A stretch of 64,000 nt of DNA from Gemmatimonadales bacterium. Lineage in GTDB: Bacteria; Gemmatimonadota; Gemmatimonadetes; Gemmatimonadales; GWC2-71-9. How positions within the stretch are numbered: position 1 is the stretch's first letter; every line of letters starts with the position of its first letter. The notes under the pieces were generated by a model that made no database searches, had not been told where the DNA came from, and saw only the letters and a list, made by a program, of their open reading frames with translations. Position numbers and translations under genes: made by a program. The stretch lies in assembly GCA_037189525.1 (NCBI GenBank), contig JBBCJC010000001.1, forward strand, positions 672,001 to 736,000. The letters run 5' to 3'. Positions 61,568-64,000 of this stretch are shown here, piece by piece.

Positions 61568-63922
61568 TTGCCGCTGATCGAAGACGAATGGCTTTGGGGC
61601 TGGGATCCGACTCCCGGCATCGTCTCCGTCTGGGCGCAATCGGATGGTCGGGCGACGATTTGGCGGCGAATCCCCGCAACCGGCGTGCTGGTGCGCGAAG
61701 AAACCCGGTTCCGGCCCTGGCTCCTCATCGACCGCCTCGACGACCTCGAACATTTGGGTACCGATCTCGGCCCGGAAGGGTCAACGGCGCTGGTTACCTG
61801 GCGCGAGTTGAACGGACCGGGCGCGCTCCGCTTCCAGGTGTCCGCCCCGAAAGGCGAGATCCTTACTACCGCTCTGCTCCGCGGGGCCAGCGCCCGCCTC
61901 GGCCGAAGCATCAGCCACCTGCGCAGTCTCGACCGAAATTCTTATCTCGCCCTTTCGCCCGAGGACCAGTATCTCACCGCCACCGGTCGCACCTATTTCC
62001 GCGACCTGTCCTTCGATGCGCTGCATCGGCTCCAGTTCGACCTCGAGACGACCGGCCTCGACCCAAATCGCCACCGCATCTTCATGATCGCGGTGCGCGA
62101 CCCGGCCGGAACGACCCATATCCTCGAAGCCGACGGCGATGACGACGCAGCGGAAGCCGACCTGCTCAGCCGCCTGGTGGGCATGATTCAGGCGGCTGAT
62201 CCCGACGTGATCGAGAACCACAATCTCCACGGCTTCGACCTCCCCTTCCTCGACCGCCGAGCACGCCGGCTCGGCGTGACTCTCTCGCTGGGCCGGATCG
62301 GGCGTGGAGGTCTTCGACCGCGCGCCGCGCGGCGCGGTGATCGCGGGGCCGACGGCCGCACGGTTCGCCTGATCGTGCCGGGGCGGGAACTGATCGATAC
62401 CCTCGATGCGGTACGCCGGCACGACTTCGCCACCCGCGATTTTCCGGGTCACGGCCTCAAAGCCGTCGCACGCCACCTGGGCATCGCCGAGCCGGATCGG
62501 GAACTGATTCCCGGGGCGGAGATCTATCAGGTTTTTCGGACTGATCCCGACCGGGTACGTCGCTATGCGGGGTCCGACGTCACCGAGGTGGCCGCTCTGG
62601 CCCGGATGCTGGGAGGCGCGGCGTTCGCGCTGGCCCGGATGGCCCCGAGACGATACGAACGTCTGGCCGATGCCGGCGCAGCAACCGGGGTGATCGACCC
62701 GCTCCTGGTTCGCGCCTACCTGCGGTCGGGAACGGCGCTTCCGGCCCACCAGCCGGGTGACGGTACCCCGCACAGTGGAGCGGCGCTCTACCTCTTTGCC
62801 ACCGGGGTCGCGCACCGGGTCGTCAAGGCCGACGTGGCCAGCCTGTATCCATCCCTGATGCGCGCCTATCGGATCGGGCCGAACCGGGATCACCTGGGAG
62901 TCCTGGTCTCACTGGTCGACCGGCTGGTGGAGCAGCGTCTCGCGGCCAAGGCGGCTGCGCGGGCAGCGCCAGCCGGTTCCTCCGAGCGGTATACCCACGA
63001 AGCCGTGTCCGCGGCCATGAAACTGGTCGTCAACACCGCTTACGGCTATCTCGCGGCGGGCGGCGACCTGACCCGGTTTGCCGATGTCCACGCCGCCAAC
63101 GAGGTCACCCGGCGCGGACGCGAGACCCTGGCCCTGATGTGCCGAGAACTGGCCGATCGCGGTGTGACGCTGCTGGAAGCCGATACGGACGGGGTGTACT
63201 TCGCCGTTCCCGACAGCTGGACCGAGGCGGACGAACGCCGAGTGGTGGGCGAAGTCGCGGCACTGCTGCCGGCGCTGGTCCAGTTGGAGTTCGACGGCCG
63301 CTATGCCGCCATGCTCTCGCACGAACCGAAGAATTACGCGCTGCTCGAACATACCGGCCGACTGACGCTGCGTGGCGTCGCGTTTCGCTCCAGTCGCAAC
63401 GAGCCCTTTGCCGACAGCTTTCTCCGTCAGGCCATCGGTGCGCTGCTCACCGGGGACATTCCCGGGGTTCGCCAGGCGTATCTCGATGCCGTGGCTGCGC
63501 TTCGCCGCCGCGAGCTGCCCACCAGCCAGGTGGCCTCTCTGGTTCGCCTCACCAAAACCCCGGACCAATATCGGGAAACCCGGGACGGGCGAAAAGAACT
63601 GCCCTACGAAGCGCTCCTGGCCAGCGGAAGGACAACGTGGCGGCGGGGCGAACGGGTCCGGATCTACCGGGTTCGCCACGGCGGGGCCCGGCTGGCCCCC
63701 GACCGGGATGGCAGCGGGGACCGGCCCGAACAGCGCGACTACGACATCGACCACTATCTCCGGCTGCTGCGCGAGCAGTACGCGGCCCGGCTGGCTCGGG
63801 CGCTGTCGCCGGACGACTTTGCGGCCGTCTTTGCCGACCCGGAGCAGCCCTCCCTCTTTACCCCCGCCTTGGACACCATCCGCCCGATCCTGACGACCCT
63901 CTCGTCACCTCGAATCGTCTGA
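61568..63922 (+). CDS. Family B DNA polymerase with 3'-5' exonuclease domain
   Basis: ExoI FDLETTG, ExoII NHNLHGFDLPFL, ExoIII YAGSD; polymerase motifs DVASLYPS, KLVVNTAYGY, EADTDGVYF, KNYAL; TTG start. Confidence 0.93.
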   Translation: MPLIEDEWLWGWDPTPGIVSVWAQSDGRATIWRRIPATGVLVREETRFRPWLLIDRLDDLEHLGTDLGPEGSTALVTWRELNGPGALRFQVSAPKGEILTTALLRGASARLGRSISHLRSLDRNSYLALSPEDQYLTATGRTYFRDLSFDALHRLQFDLETTGLDPNRHRIFMIAVRDPAGTTHILEADGDDDAAEADLLSRLVGMIQAADPDVIENHNLHGFDLPFLDRRARRLGVTLSLGRIGRGGLRPRAARRGDRGADGRTVRLIVPGRELIDTLDAVRRHDFATRDFPGHGLKAVARHLGIAEPDRELIPGAEIYQVFRTDPDRVRRYAGSDVTEVAALARMLGGAAFALARMAPRRYERLADAGAATGVIDPLLVRAYLRSGTALPAHQPGDGTPHSGAALYLFATGVAHRVVKADVASLYPSLMRAYRIGPNRDHLGVLVSLVDRLVEQRLAAKAAARAAPAGSSERYTHEAVSAAMKLVVNTAYGYLAAGGDLTRFADVHAANEVTRRGRETLALMCRELADRGVTLLEADTDGVYFAVPDSWTEADERRVVGEVAALLPALVQLEFDGRYAAMLSHEPKNYALLEHTGRLTLRGVAFRSSRNEPFADSFLRQAIGALLTGDIPGVRQAYLDAVAALRRRELPTSQVASLVRLTKTPDQYRETRDGRKELPYEALLASGRTTWRRGERVRIYRVRHGGARLAPDRDGSGDRPEQRDYDIDHYLRLLREQYAARLARALSPDDFAAVFADPEQPSLFTPALDTIRPILTTLSSPRIV

Positions 63923-64000
63923 AATTTTGTCCGGACGTCTTACCGTGGCCCGACCCGGGCAATACTATGTATTCTACGGGGCTAACCTGCGGGCGACCCC

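Noticed and set aside
1..64000. CRISPR arrays, tRNA/rRNA genes, riboswitches, IS elements
   Set aside because: No regularly spaced repeats, RNA-gene signatures or transposase ORFs seen by eye; small structured RNAs cannot be excluded without a covariance-model search.

Overview
GC-rich bacterial chromosomal DNA, densely coding, with about 48 credible CDSs. The gene content (PadR plus ADOP permeases, a SusC-like receptor, many secreted hydrolases, Tat-signal TldD) suggests Gemmatimonadota or a similar lineage; this is inference. From left to right: 5' part of coxB; greA-groES-like-DUF983; a DUF4349 lipoprotein; a beta-barrel protein; a minus-strand operon of two secreted M20 amidohydrolases, an unknown 241-aa protein and an orphan, apparently soluble VirD4/TraG-like ATPase; PadR plus three ADOP permeases; a Cys/Thr proline-racemase-family enzyme; an M81 peptidase; vapBC; GntR and a membrane serine hydrolase; a phenylacetate (paa) pathway split into two blocks (tetR-paaZ and paaJ/paaG-H-I plus a fused E1) around an NO/redox-stress block (NsrR, group III globin, Cys-rich MarR, two thioredoxin-fold proteins, YggS), peptidases and a lone SusC-like receptor; brnTA; a Tat-signal MBL; a large CSLREA/choice-of-anchor-Q lipoprotein; Tat-TldD/TldE divergent from a MoxR-DUF58-BatA-DUF4159 operon; and a family B DNA polymerase. 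I saw no rRNA, tRNA, CRISPR array, transposase or integrase. The best candidates for undescribed systems are the orphan VirD4 plus unknown-protein module, the exported TldDE/MoxR module and the ADOP array with homogenised N-termini. All family calls come from motif recognition by eye; no searches were run.
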